A DNA stretch of 64,000 nucleotides from Candidatus Eiseniibacteriota bacterium (GCA_963783375.1 CAWANH010000028.1:1856001-1920000), one strand, 5' to 3'. Positions 41,067 to 50,573 are shown, counted from the first letter of the stretch. Notes: a model not told the origin generated them from the letters alone. Numbers and translations: made by a program.

Positions 41067-41753
41067 ATGAGAAAAACCGCGATTGTCTTCGGCTTGCTGG
41101 TCTTTCTGCTCGGGGTGGGGGGCGCGTGCGTGGCGGACGCGGCAACCCTCCTGGTGGACTACGTGGGATATGACTACGAGTCCCCCGATCCCGACTCCAC
41201 GCTCTTCGGTGAAGCGGGAAGCGGGTACAAGGAAGTGGGGAACGTGCCCAACCTCTTTGCTCCCCTTGCGCCCGACACCGCGAACTACGAGTACACCTAC
41301 TACATCAGCGGTCTCACGCAATCGAATCGCACGGTGGTCGGCGGCTACGTGATCGTCGACTACTCGGGTCCCGGCACCTTCGAGGTGTTCGAGGACTCGA
41401 AGACCACCGGAACCGATCCCGTCTTCGGGGTCTATCCGCCCAACGGGACCGCCCCGAGCAGCTTCACCGACGGGACGTTGTTCCTGGAGGGCGCGATCAG
41501 CTCCTTCCAGGTCGTGTTCAGCACCACCTCCAACTCGGGAAGCTACAACGCCCAGTTCGACGTGACGGGGGGCTCCCAATATGGGAACATCCCGGCCAAC
41601 CAGCGTATGGGGTGGTCGTTCGCTGGCATCACCGGAAACGAGCTGAACAAGCCCGCCGGGTATGAGCACCAGGTTGACGGACAGATCTTCCTGAATGAAC
41701 CGGTCCCGACCCAGAAGACGTCGTGGGGCAAAATCAAGAGCATCTATCGCTGA
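41067..41753 (+). CDS. Secreted surface protein with C-terminal PVPTQKTSWGKIKSIYR tail
   Basis: Signal peptide; Tyr/Thr/Gly-rich beta domain; paralogous to the next gene (PPNGTAPSSFTDGT vs PPNANVPSTFTDGT). Confidence 0.8.
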   Translation: MRKTAIVFGLLVFLLGVGGACVADAATLLVDYVGYDYESPDPDSTLFGEAGSGYKEVGNVPNLFAPLAPDTANYEYTYYISGLTQSNRTVVGGYVIVDYSGPGTFEVFEDSKTTGTDPVFGVYPPNGTAPSSFTDGTLFLEGAISSFQVVFSTTSNSGSYNAQFDVTGGSQYGNIPANQRMGWSFAGITGNELNKPAGYEHQVDGQIFLNEPVPTQKTSWGKIKSIYR

Positions 41754-41794
41754 GGCAGGCGCCGACCATGATCGTCGAGCGCACGGGGGTTAGC

Positions 41795-42496
41795 ATGAGA
41801 ATCTTCTACATCGCGCTTCTGGTATCCCTGGTGGTCGTGGCCCTGCCGGCCACGGTTCTGGCGGGTGCCGCCATCGACTGGGATCCGATCTACACCTGGG
41901 AAGCGGGGGCTACCGCCACCAACTCCCCTCTCGGCGGGGAGCTCAAGGGAGTGGGGGTCATCAGCAGCTTCGACGTGCCCTTCCAGGACCTGAACGCCGC
42001 CGATCCCGATACCGAGTACACCATCTACATCTACGGTTTGATCTCCCAGGGTACGGTCACCTCCGGAATTCCCGCCTACACCTTCTACACCACGACCTAC
42101 ACCGGGGGGACGATCGAGATCTACCAGGGGACGCCGCGGAACTCCGTCTTCGACCCCAATCCGCCGAACGCGAACGTGCCGTCCACCTTTACCGACGGCA
42201 CGCCGATCCTCGTGGGGAGCTTCACCTCCTTCTACACCCAGACCAACAACTTCACCCAGTTCATGACCGGGAACATGGAGGGGAACATCCTCTGGACCGG
42301 GGGCACCCTGTTCAACCGCACCTACAACACCGGCGGCGAGCCCTGCCCGGGGCTCTTCACCGGAGGGGTGACCTGGAATCCCGCCGTCCTCATCCCCGGC
42401 TACATCTTCCGGCACGACGGGAAGATCGATCTCAACTGCCCGACCCCGGCCGAACGCAGCACCTGGGGCGAAATCAAGACCCACTACGACAACTGA
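41795..42496 (+). CDS. Secreted surface protein with C-terminal PTPAERSTWGEIKTHYDN tail
   Basis: Signal peptide; paralog of the upstream gene (EYT.YI.GL, H.DG.I). Confidence 0.8.
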   Translation: MRIFYIALLVSLVVVALPATVLAGAAIDWDPIYTWEAGATATNSPLGGELKGVGVISSFDVPFQDLNAADPDTEYTIYIYGLISQGTVTSGIPAYTFYTTTYTGGTIEIYQGTPRNSVFDPNPPNANVPSTFTDGTPILVGSFTSFYTQTNNFTQFMTGNMEGNILWTGGTLFNRTYNTGGEPCPGLFTGGVTWNPAVLIPGYIFRHDGKIDLNCPTPAERSTWGEIKTHYDN

Positions 42497-42523
42497 CCCC
42501 CTCCCGAGCGGCGGGATGATCTT

Positions 42524-42555
42524 CCGGGGCGGCGCAGGCCGCCCCGGTTATTTTT
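42524..42555 (+). terminator. Rho-independent terminator
   Basis: CCGGGGCGGC-GCAG-GCCGCCCCGG followed by TTATTTTT. Confidence 0.8.
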
Positions 42556-42730
42556 GCCCTCCGGGGGCGCTTCCGCCCCGGCACGTCGTCCACTCCGGTC
42601 CGATTGTCCTCCCCCCCGCCGGCGTGCTACCTTCGCCGCCCCCCTCTCCCGCCGAACGACCGGATCCGGCCGTGTTCGGAGCGCCGGGCGGCGCCTTCCC
42701 GACCGGCCTCCAACCAGCGAGGATTCGAAC

Positions 42731-44110
42731 GTGCATGGCTCAACTTCCACTCGGGCGCGTCGCGCGCTCGTCGGCTCCGTGCTCGTCGGGGCGGCGCTCC
42801 TGCTCCGGCCCGGAGCCCCCTCCGCCGGCATGGACGCCGGCGCCGTCACCGAACACACCCTGGCCAACGGAATGAAGGTGCTCCTGTGGGAGGATCACAC
42901 CATCCCCAACCTGGCCGTGTACACGTTCTGGAAGGTGGGCAGCCGGAACGAGGCCCCTGGGATAACCGGCCTGGCCCACTTCTTCGAGCACATGATGTTC
43001 AACGGCTCGAAGCACTATCCCCCCGGGGAGTTCGATCGCACCATGGAAGCGGCGGGAGGGGCGAACAACGCCTATACCTCCAACGACGTCACCGTGTACC
43101 AGGATTGGGTTCCCGCCTCCGCCCTGGAACTCACCCTGGGTCTCGAGCAGGACCGGATCGGCTGGCTCGCCGTGGACCCCGGCGTGGTGGAGAGCGAGCG
43201 GGGAGTGGTCCTGAGCGAACGGAACCGCTCGGTCGAGGACGACAACCAGGCGCTGATGTGGGAACAGCTGGGCGCGGCGGCGTTCATGGCTCATCCCTAT
43301 TCGTGGCCGGTGATCGGTTGGCGGAGCGACATCGAGAACTGGCGCCAGGGAGACGTGGAAACGTTCTTCCACACCTGGTACACGCCCAACAACGCGGTCA
43401 TGGTGATCTGCGGCGCCTTCGACACCCCCCGGCTCCTGGAGATGCTCGACCGGACGGTGGGAAGCGTCCCCGCCCGGGAGATCCCCCGCGGAGTGGTGAC
43501 GGTGGAGCCCCCCCAGACCGGAGAACGGCGGGTGGAATTGCGGAAGGATGCCTCGGCGGCGAGTGTCCTGGCCGGATGGCACGTCCCCGCCACCTCCGAT
43601 TCCGACAGCCGGGTCCTGGAGTTGATCGACCTGATGCTGACCTCCGGTGAATCGAGCCGGCTCTACCGGAGGCTGGTGGACCGGGAACCCCTCGCCCTCG
43701 GCGTGTGGTCGGGAACCGACGACAACTTCGACCCCGGGCTGTTCCAGATCCTGGTCCAGAACCGGGACGGGATCGCCGGGCCCCAGGTGGAAGGTCCCCT
43801 GTACGAGGAGCTGGAGCGTTTGAAGACCGAGCCGGTGGGGGATGAGGAGCTTCAGAAAGCCAAGAACATGCTCCTGGCCGGCTTCTACCGGAGCATGGCC
43901 ACCCTGAGCGGGCGGGCCCAGGCGCTCGGCACCTACGCCCTCTTCCACGGCGACTGGAACAAGCTCTTCACCGCGGTGAACGAATACGAGGCGATCACCC
44001 CCGCGGACGTCATGCGGGTGGCGGACAGGTACTTCACGCCGGAGAACCGGACCGTGGTGACCCTGATCCCCGAGGCCGCAGCGGGAGAGGAGGCGAACGA
44101 TGCGCGCTGA
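42731..44110 (+). CDS. M16B zinc peptidase, catalytic subunit
   Basis: GLAHFFEHMMFNGS (HxxEH), NAYT, 'ERGVVLSER', HPY.WPVIGW. Confidence 0.9.
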   Translation: MHGSTSTRARRALVGSVLVGAALLLRPGAPSAGMDAGAVTEHTLANGMKVLLWEDHTIPNLAVYTFWKVGSRNEAPGITGLAHFFEHMMFNGSKHYPPGEFDRTMEAAGGANNAYTSNDVTVYQDWVPASALELTLGLEQDRIGWLAVDPGVVESERGVVLSERNRSVEDDNQALMWEQLGAAAFMAHPYSWPVIGWRSDIENWRQGDVETFFHTWYTPNNAVMVICGAFDTPRLLEMLDRTVGSVPAREIPRGVVTVEPPQTGERRVELRKDASAASVLAGWHVPATSDSDSRVLELIDLMLTSGESSRLYRRLVDREPLALGVWSGTDDNFDPGLFQILVQNRDGIAGPQVEGPLYEELERLKTEPVGDEELQKAKNMLLAGFYRSMATLSGRAQALGTYALFHGDWNKLFTAVNEYEAITPADVMRVADRYFTPENRTVVTLIPEAAAGEEANDAR

Positions 44111-45530
44111 CCGTGGACGGCATTCGCAGTTCCAGACGGCGGCCCGGCTCTCGGCGGTGGTGGTCGCAGCCGCGATCCTGGGCGGGGCGCCATCCGTCCG
44201 CGCGGGTGAGGATCTCCGGCTTCCCGACTACCGGGTCGTGAAGCTGGACAACGGCCTTTCCCTCCAGGTGGTGCGCCAGGCCGCCGTCCCCCTCGTCACC
44301 TTCGAGGTCTGGATCCGGGCCGGAGCCGCCGCCGACCCGGCCGGAAAGGAAGGGCTGGCCGAGCTCACCGCCGAGAGCCTGCGGAAGGGCTCGGGAGATC
44401 TCGACGCCGCCGCCTTCGCCGGGGCGGTGGACTTTCTGGGAGCGGACTTCGGGACCTCGGTCGACCACGACCGGACCCGGGTGCGGCTGAGCCTGTTGGC
44501 CAAGGATTTCGACCGGGGACTCGAGCTCCTGGCCGACGCCCTGCTTCGTCCCGCCCTGGACTCCGGAGAGATCGAGAAGCTCTCCGGGCAGCTCGCCGAC
44601 GGCGTGGGCCAGGCCAAGGACAACCCGCGCTACGTGTTGGGCGACTACTTCGACGCCTTCCTATACGGCGACCATCCCTACGGGAACCCGGTGGGGGGCA
44701 CCGAGACCTCGCTCCGCGCGCTCGGCCCCGACGACGTGCGCGCCTTCTACCGGGGCAACTACGGAGCGAACCGCGCCCTGATCACGGTGTGCGGAGATCT
44801 GGACCCCGCCGCCGCCGAGGCCGCGGTGCGGAAGGCCTTCGCGTCCATGCCGCGGGCGACGGGACCGGCGCCGGTGATCCCCGACCCGACGCCGCCGGCG
44901 GCGAACCGGGTGCTCCTGGTCAACAAGGCCGACACCCCCCAGACCTGGTTCCAGATCGGATCCCTGGGGCCCGCCTACGACGATCCCGACTACGCCGCCG
45001 CCGAGCTGGTGCGGACGATCTTCGGCGGGAGGTTCACGAGCTGGCTCAACACCAAGCTCCGCATCGAGTCGGGGCTCACCTACGGGGCACGGTATCGTCT
45101 GGACCGCCGGGCCGAGGCCGGGACCGCCTACATGATGAGCTTCACCGCCACCGAGCACACCAAGGAGGCGCTGGATCTGGCTCTCGCCCAGCTCGACCGG
45201 CTCCACGAGGAGGGGATCGGGGAGACGGACCTGAGCTCGGCCAAGGCCTACGTCAAGGGGCAGACCCCCTACGGCTACGAGACCGCGGCAAGCGTGGCCT
45301 ACGCGGTGAGCGAGCTCACCTTCTACGGGGTGGACCGGTCGAGGGTGGACGACCTCTTCCGCCGGATCGACGGGGTGACCCCCGAGGACTGCCGGCGGGT
45401 CATCGACGCCTACTTCCGGCGCGACCATCTGGTCTTCGCCGCGGTGGGAGTCCGGGACTCGGTGGCCGGGGTGCTCGAATCCTACGGCGAGCTCAAGGTG
45501 CGGGAGAACTCCGACCCCGGGTTCCGATGA
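44100..45530 (+). CDS. M16B peptidase partner subunit (no HxxEH)
   Basis: LDNGL, 'GKEGLAELTA', HPYG, 'SWLNTKLRIESGLTYG' R/Y motif. Confidence 0.88.
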   Translation: MRADRGRHSQFQTAARLSAVVVAAAILGGAPSVRAGEDLRLPDYRVVKLDNGLSLQVVRQAAVPLVTFEVWIRAGAAADPAGKEGLAELTAESLRKGSGDLDAAAFAGAVDFLGADFGTSVDHDRTRVRLSLLAKDFDRGLELLADALLRPALDSGEIEKLSGQLADGVGQAKDNPRYVLGDYFDAFLYGDHPYGNPVGGTETSLRALGPDDVRAFYRGNYGANRALITVCGDLDPAAAEAAVRKAFASMPRATGPAPVIPDPTPPAANRVLLVNKADTPQTWFQIGSLGPAYDDPDYAAAELVRTIFGGRFTSWLNTKLRIESGLTYGARYRLDRRAEAGTAYMMSFTATEHTKEALDLALAQLDRLHEEGIGETDLSSAKAYVKGQTPYGYETAASVAYAVSELTFYGVDRSRVDDLFRRIDGVTPEDCRRVIDAYFRRDHLVFAAVGVRDSVAGVLESYGELKVRENSDPGFR

Positions 45531-45711
45531 GGCACGGTCCGGGCGGACCGCCGGGCGGCCGGGCGCAGGAAAGTGACGGGGAGAGGACCGAAGTCCCCTC
45601 CCCGTCTTCTCCCCAATGACCGCCGTCGAGCACGCCGGGAGCGCGATTGGCCCGGGGCTCAGGGCGGCGGCGCGAGGAATCCCTGCGGCCGGGCCCGTCG
45701 ATCGACGGGCG

Positions 45712-46197
45712 TTACGGGTGGAAGGTCCAGCCCGTGGTGACCATGAAATCGGGCTCGTCGAAGAAGCCCACCTTCCCTTCGATGAAGAAGCGGCTGCCGC
45801 TGGTGAGCCCCTTCTCGATCCCTCCCAGGACGTCGAGTCCGGTGCCCTGTTCGGTATCGCCGGTGAGGCCGTTGTCCTCGGAACCGGCCATCACGAATCC
45901 GGCTCCGCCGCCCAGGTAGGGGGTCCAGCTCTCCCAGCGGGAGCTGAAGCGATAGGCGCCGTCCAGGTTGAGGGTCAGGAGGGTCAGGTTGTCGCCCAGA
46001 CCCAGCTCCAGGTTCGGCTGCAGCCGGAGGTGGCTGTCCATGGACCCGAAGTCGGTGTGGGCTCCGAAGTGGAACTGATCGGGGTTCATGGTGACCCCGA
46101 CCCTCGGGCCCCAACCCTGGAAGGAAAGTCCGTCGGCCTGGGCCGCTCCCGGCGCGGCCACCAGGGCCGCGGCCAGGATCATCAATAGTCTTCGCAT
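45712..46197 (-). CDS. Small outer-membrane beta-barrel protein (OmpA/OmpW-like)
   Basis: Signal peptide, 'WTPYLGGGAG', 'FFIEGK', C-terminal GWTFHP. Confidence 0.75.
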   Translation of the reverse strand: MRRLLMILAAALVAAPGAAQADGLSFQGWGPRVGVTMNPDQFHFGAHTDFGSMDSHLRLQPNLELGLGDNLTLLTLNLDGAYRFSSRWESWTPYLGGGAGFVMAGSEDNGLTGDTEQGTGLDVLGGIEKGLTSGSRFFIEGKVGFFDEPDFMVTTGWTFHP

Positions 46198-46325
46198 GGA
46201 GGTCCTCCTCTCATCGGCCCGGGAGCACATCGCTCATGCATGCCTACGCCTGATTGTCTCCAGATGGTCCAACGGATGCACCCCGAGCGGTTCATTGCTT
46301 CTTCCACCTCACGTCGGGCGGGTGA

Positions 46326-47012
46326 TTACGGGGTCGCCGCGGCGGTCAGGGGAAGCTCGACCGGCTCGCGCAGGGCGAAGCGGAGCTTCTGGCCTGCGGG
46401 AAGCTCGATCTGATCGTCCTTGGTGGCGATGGCCACGATGGTGCCGGCGCCGGCGCCGACCGCGGCTCCGATGGCCGCGCCCTTCTTGCCGCCGATCACC
46501 CCGCCGATCACGCCGCCGCCGACCGCGCCCGCGGCCACCTTCTCCAGGCTCTTCTCGGTGGACGACGAGTCCACCAGCTCGAGCGGAGCGGTCCGGACGT
46601 CGTGCGACTCCCCGGCGGGATAGCCGACCTCGGTCACCTCCAGGGTCAGCTTGGCGCCGCCGTCCGCTCCGCCGTCACGGACCTCGGTGAGCTTCCCGGT
46701 CACCGTGGCCCCGGTTGGAAGCACCGTCCCCGAGGGCACCGCCACCGGCTCGGTCAGGGTCGCGTGGAAGGTGTCGCCGGCGTGGTTCCGTTCGGTGCTG
46801 AGCGGCGCGCGGAGCGAGGCCACGAGATCGGTCCCCGCGGGGACGGTGACCTTCTGGGCCTCGGGCGCGCTCGAGCCGCCTTCCTGGTTCATGGCGGTGT
46901 TGCCGCTCCCCTGGCTGCCCGCGTCCCGCCCGCAGGCGGCGAGCGAGCCGGCGGCGAGAGCGCCGGCGATCGTGAGTCCCAAGACCCATCGCAAGGTGTT
47001 CGTGCGGATCAT
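46326..47012 (-). CDS. Lipoprotein with TrbI/VirB10-like beta domain and glycine zipper
   Basis: Lipobox LAAC; 'VTVPAGT.L...L..PLST.....GDTF.A.L..PV'; GAVGGGVIGGVIGGKKGAAIGAAVGAGAG. Confidence 0.75.
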   Translation of the reverse strand: MIRTNTLRWVLGLTIAGALAAGSLAACGRDAGSQGSGNTAMNQEGGSSAPEAQKVTVPAGTDLVASLRAPLSTERNHAGDTFHATLTEPVAVPSGTVLPTGATVTGKLTEVRDGGADGGAKLTLEVTEVGYPAGESHDVRTAPLELVDSSSTEKSLEKVAAGAVGGGVIGGVIGGKKGAAIGAAVGAGAGTIVAIATKDDQIELPAGQKLRFALREPVELPLTAAATP

Positions 47013-47166
47013 GGTTTCCTCCTTTCCCGGGTCACGCACCCGGGAATGAGCGGCCGAAGGCACCCCCCGGTGCTCCGGCAATTTCTTGGCGGGCGGAAGT
47101 GCGAAGGCGAGAATCGATCAGGGGCCCGCCGGTCGAAGTTGATCGCTCGCTACGCCCCTCGTTCAT

Positions 47167-47182
47167 TGCAAGGGGGTTGCCA
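47167..47182 (-). promoter_or_regulatory. Sigma54 (-24/-12) promoter
   Basis: Minus strand reads TGGCAA-CCCCC-TTGCA, matching TGGCAC-N5-TTGCW, about 155 bp upstream of the lipoprotein gene. Confidence 0.7.
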
Positions 47183-47256
47183 GTCGGGAGCCATCACGCT
47201 AACTGGCTGGTGCGTAGTGGTATATGGAGTCGGAGAGACCGCCGGCGGGCACGGAT

Positions 47257-47296
47257 TGTGTAGCAATGGACACATCGTTGTGTCCGGCTTCACACG
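47257..47296. promoter_or_regulatory. Tandem palindromic enhancer (bEBP UAS) sites
   Basis: TGTGT-N8-ACACA (47257-47274) and TGTGT-N8-ACACG (47279-47296), 22 bp apart, 75-115 bp upstream of the sigma54 site. Confidence 0.6.
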
Positions 47297-47407
47297 AGGA
47301 TTTCCGCCGGTTCGCGGCAACCTGGGGGCCTCGGTTCCGGCGTGGGCGGGCGGCGGCCGGGTCGGCTAAGATCCAATGCGGCTCCCGAACCCAGGATGAG
47401 GAACCCC

Positions 47408-48586
47408 ATGCCGTCCGACGTGATCACCGGCCTCGACAGGATCCAGCGCGACCGTTTTTCCGTTCTCGGGGGGGAGCGGGTCGGCCTGCTCGTTCATCCC
47501 GCCTCGGTGGATCGGCGCCTGGTCCACGCCGGGCGCATCTTCCACGAGGCCCCGGAGGTCGATCTCCGGGCGCTCTTCGGACCCCAGCACGGGATCCTGG
47601 GGCAGACCCAGGACAACATGGTGGAGTGGGAGGGGTTCACGGACCCGGTCACCGGCGTTCCCGTGCACTCCCTCTACGGGGACAACCGCTCTCCCACGCC
47701 GGAGATGCTCGGAGAGATCGACGTCCTGGTGGTGGATCTTCAGGACGTCGGGGCCCGGTACTACACGTTCATCTGGACCCTTCTCCTGGTCATGGAGGCC
47801 TGCGCCGCCGCCGGCAAGCGGGTGGTGGTCCTGGATCGTCCGAACCCGCTCGGCGGCCTCGACCGCGAGGGAACGGTGCTCGATCCCGCCTATCGATCCT
47901 TCGTGGGGCTCGCCCCCATTCCCATGCGCCACGGCCTGACCGTGGGGGAGCTGGCGGCCTGGTTCCGGGATCGCTTCGCCCCCGCGCTCGACCTCGGGGT
48001 GGTCTGGATGGAGGGATGGCGGCGCTCGATGTGGTTCCCGGAGACCGGTCTCCCCTGGGTCATGCCGTCCCCCAACATGCCCACCGTGGACACCGCCGTG
48101 GTCTATCCCGGCTTCTGCCTTCTGGAGGGCACCACGCTCTCCGAGGGGCGCGGCACCACCCGGCCCTTCGAGATCTTCGGGGCGCCGTTCATCGATCCCG
48201 AACCGCTGGTCCGCCGGCTGGCCGCGTTCGACCTTCCCGGGGCGATCTTCCGTCCGGTGTCCTTCGAGCCCACCTTCCAGAAGCATGCGGGCCGGCTCTG
48301 CGGCGGAGCGCAACTCCACGTGACCGACCGGACGGTCTTTCGCTCGGTCCTCACCGCGACCGCGGTCCTGGCCGCGATCCGCGAGCTCTGGCCCGCCGGC
48401 TTCCGCTGGAAGCAACCCCCCTACGAATACGAACACCAGAAGCTCCCCATCGACATCCTGACCGGGGGCGCCGGCTTCCGGACCGACCTGGAGGCGGGGC
48501 GATCCCCGCGGGAGATGGCCGAGACCTGGCGCCCGGCCCTCGACACCTTCGATCGGGAGATCGCGGGGTTTCTCCACTATGACTGA
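47408..48586 (+). CDS. namZ: Exo-beta-N-acetylmuramidase NamZ (DUF1343)
   Basis: LFGPQHG, SLYG, DLQDVGARYYT, LDRPNPLGG, RHGLTVGELA, PSPNMP, SEGRGTTRPFE. Confidence 0.88.
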   Translation: MPSDVITGLDRIQRDRFSVLGGERVGLLVHPASVDRRLVHAGRIFHEAPEVDLRALFGPQHGILGQTQDNMVEWEGFTDPVTGVPVHSLYGDNRSPTPEMLGEIDVLVVDLQDVGARYYTFIWTLLLVMEACAAAGKRVVVLDRPNPLGGLDREGTVLDPAYRSFVGLAPIPMRHGLTVGELAAWFRDRFAPALDLGVVWMEGWRRSMWFPETGLPWVMPSPNMPTVDTAVVYPGFCLLEGTTLSEGRGTTRPFEIFGAPFIDPEPLVRRLAAFDLPGAIFRPVSFEPTFQKHAGRLCGGAQLHVTDRTVFRSVLTATAVLAAIRELWPAGFRWKQPPYEYEHQKLPIDILTGGAGFRTDLEAGRSPREMAETWRPALDTFDREIAGFLHYD

Positions 48587-50573
48587 GAGCGCGGACGTGG
48601 AACGGGCCATGGTGCTGGCGGCGGGGCTCGGCACCCGGCTCCGCCCCCTGACCGATCACCTGGCCAAACCGCTCCTTCCCATCCTGGGGCGGCCGCTCCT
48701 GGGGGTCATCCTCGACCGGTTGGCCGCGGCGGGGGCGGGAGCGATCGCGGTCAACACCCATCATCGCGCCGGGGACGTCCGCGATTTCGTGGCCGGCTCG
48801 GAGCACGCTTCCCGGGCCACCCTCTTTCACGAGCCGGAGATCCTGGGGACGGGGGGAGGGCCGGCCAACGTCCGGACGTTCCTGGCCGAGACGGATCGCT
48901 TCCTCCTCCACAACGGCGACGTCTACTCCGATGCGGACCTGGGCGCGTTGATCACCGCGCACCGGGCGAGCGGGGCGACGGCGACCCTGCTCCTTACCGA
49001 CTGGCCCGAGGTGAACACCGTGGTCACCGATCCCGGGGGCACGGTGCTCCGGATCGGGCGCGGGGGCCCCCCTCCGGCGATCGAGGTTCGGCGCCTCACC
49101 TACACCGGGATCGCGGTCTTCGAGCGGAGTTTCCTGGATTACCTCCCCGAGGGGCCATCGTCCCTGGTCGACGCCCTCCGGCGGGTCATGGCCGAGAACC
49201 CGGGCTCGGTGCGCGGCCACGCTCCCGGCGGGTTTCTCTGGAGCGACCTCGGCACCCTCACCCGCTATCTGGACGTCCATCGGGGACTCATGGGGGGGCG
49301 GCGAAGCGGCGAGACCGGCAGTCCCCGGACCCACCTGGCCGAGGCGGCGACCATCGACCCGGGGGCGCGGGTGGAGGGGTTCGCGGTGCTGGGACGGGAG
49401 GCGAAGATCGAGGCCGGAGCGCGGGTCCGGGACGTGGTGCTCCTGGACGGGGCGACGGTGCCCCGCGATGCCGTGGCGGTCCGCGCGGTGATCGGCCGCG
49501 ACTGGTCGGCGAGCGAGGAGGAGAACGAGCGCGAACGGCTGGTGCTCGCCGCCGAGCACGTGTTGGCCGAGCGGCGGCACTCCGAACAGGTGCTGGCCGA
49601 GGCCGGCCGCACCGAGCGCATCACCGGGCACGGCTCCGACCGCGCCTTTCGCCGCATCGAGGATGGGCGGGTCTCCGCGGTGCTCATGACCGCGCCTCCC
49701 GAGGACCCGGAGTTCCACCGGTTCGTGGCGGTGGGCCGCTTCCTGGGGGAACACGGTTTCGGCGGGCCCCGGATTCTCGCCGCCGACCCCGAGCGCCGGT
49801 TCGTGCTCATGGAGGACCTGGGGCGCGATACCCTGCACGAGGCGGTGACCCACGGCACGGCCGCCGACGATCCCGGCGCGCGGCGCGATCTCTACCGACG
49901 GGTGATCGACCGTCTGGTGGATCTCCAGGTCCGCGGCACGCGCGTGGTGGCCGGAGGGGCGTGTGCCGAAGCCGGCGACCGCCTTTTCGATCACGACACC
50001 TTGCGGTGGGAGACCGACTACTTCCGCCTGCGCTTTCTGCAGGATCTGGTGAAGGCTCCCGCCGAAGCGATCGCCGGCCTGGACGCGGAGTTCGAGCGGC
50101 TGGCCGCCGAGGTCCTCGATCAGCCGGTGGTGCTCATGCACCGCGATTTCCAGTCCCAGAACATCCTCTTTCGCGCCGACGAGGTGCGCCTGGTGGACTT
50201 CCAGGGGATGCGCCGGGGACCGCTTCTCTACGACGTCATGTCCCTGCTTCGCGATGCCTACGTGGATCTGGGCCCGGCGCTTCGCGGCGAGCTGCTCGAG
50301 CACTACCGCGAAACGTTGGCCGCGGGGGGAGGGCCGGCGTTGGACCCGCCCGCGCTCCGGCGGATGGCCGCGGCGGCCGGGTTGCAGCGGAACATGCAGG
50401 CCCTGGGCGCCTTCGGTTTTCTATCCCTGGTGAAGGGGAAAACGCGCTTCCGGGAGCACGTGCCCCTGGGGCTCAAGCATCTGAGGGAAGGCCTGGTCGA
50501 GGCCTCGGCGGGCGGGCTCGAGCTACCCGGGCTGGCCGCGCTGGTGCCGGGGCTTTCTGCAACCCCCGACTAG
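48579..50573 (+). CDS. murU: Fused MurU-like nucleotidyltransferase + AmgK-like anomeric sugar kinase (APH fold)
   Basis: N-terminal AMVLAAGLGTRLRPLT..AKPL, LGTGGG, NGDV, WSDLGT; C-terminal GSDRAFRR, MEDLG, HRDFQSQNI, VDFQG, QALGAFGFL. Confidence 0.8.
   Translation: MTESADVERAMVLAAGLGTRLRPLTDHLAKPLLPILGRPLLGVILDRLAAAGAGAIAVNTHHRAGDVRDFVAGSEHASRATLFHEPEILGTGGGPANVRTFLAETDRFLLHNGDVYSDADLGALITAHRASGATATLLLTDWPEVNTVVTDPGGTVLRIGRGGPPPAIEVRRLTYTGIAVFERSFLDYLPEGPSSLVDALRRVMAENPGSVRGHAPGGFLWSDLGTLTRYLDVHRGLMGGRRSGETGSPRTHLAEAATIDPGARVEGFAVLGREAKIEAGARVRDVVLLDGATVPRDAVAVRAVIGRDWSASEEENERERLVLAAEHVLAERRHSEQVLAEAGRTERITGHGSDRAFRRIEDGRVSAVLMTAPPEDPEFHRFVAVGRFLGEHGFGGPRILAADPERRFVLMEDLGRDTLHEAVTHGTAADDPGARRDLYRRVIDRLVDLQVRGTRVVAGGACAEAGDRLFDHDTLRWETDYFRLRFLQDLVKAPAEAIAGLDAEFERLAAEVLDQPVVLMHRDFQSQNILFRADEVRLVDFQGMRRGPLLYDVMSLLRDAYVDLGPALRGELLEHYRETLAAGGGPALDPPALRRMAAAAGLQRNMQALGAFGFLSLVKGKTRFREHVPLGLKHLREGLVEASAGGLELPGLAALVPGLSATPD

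Noticed and set aside
46326-47012. Type IV secretion / conjugation locus from the VirB10-like domain
   Set aside because: No other T4SS genes are nearby; stand-alone lipoproteins with this domain and a glycine zipper are common.
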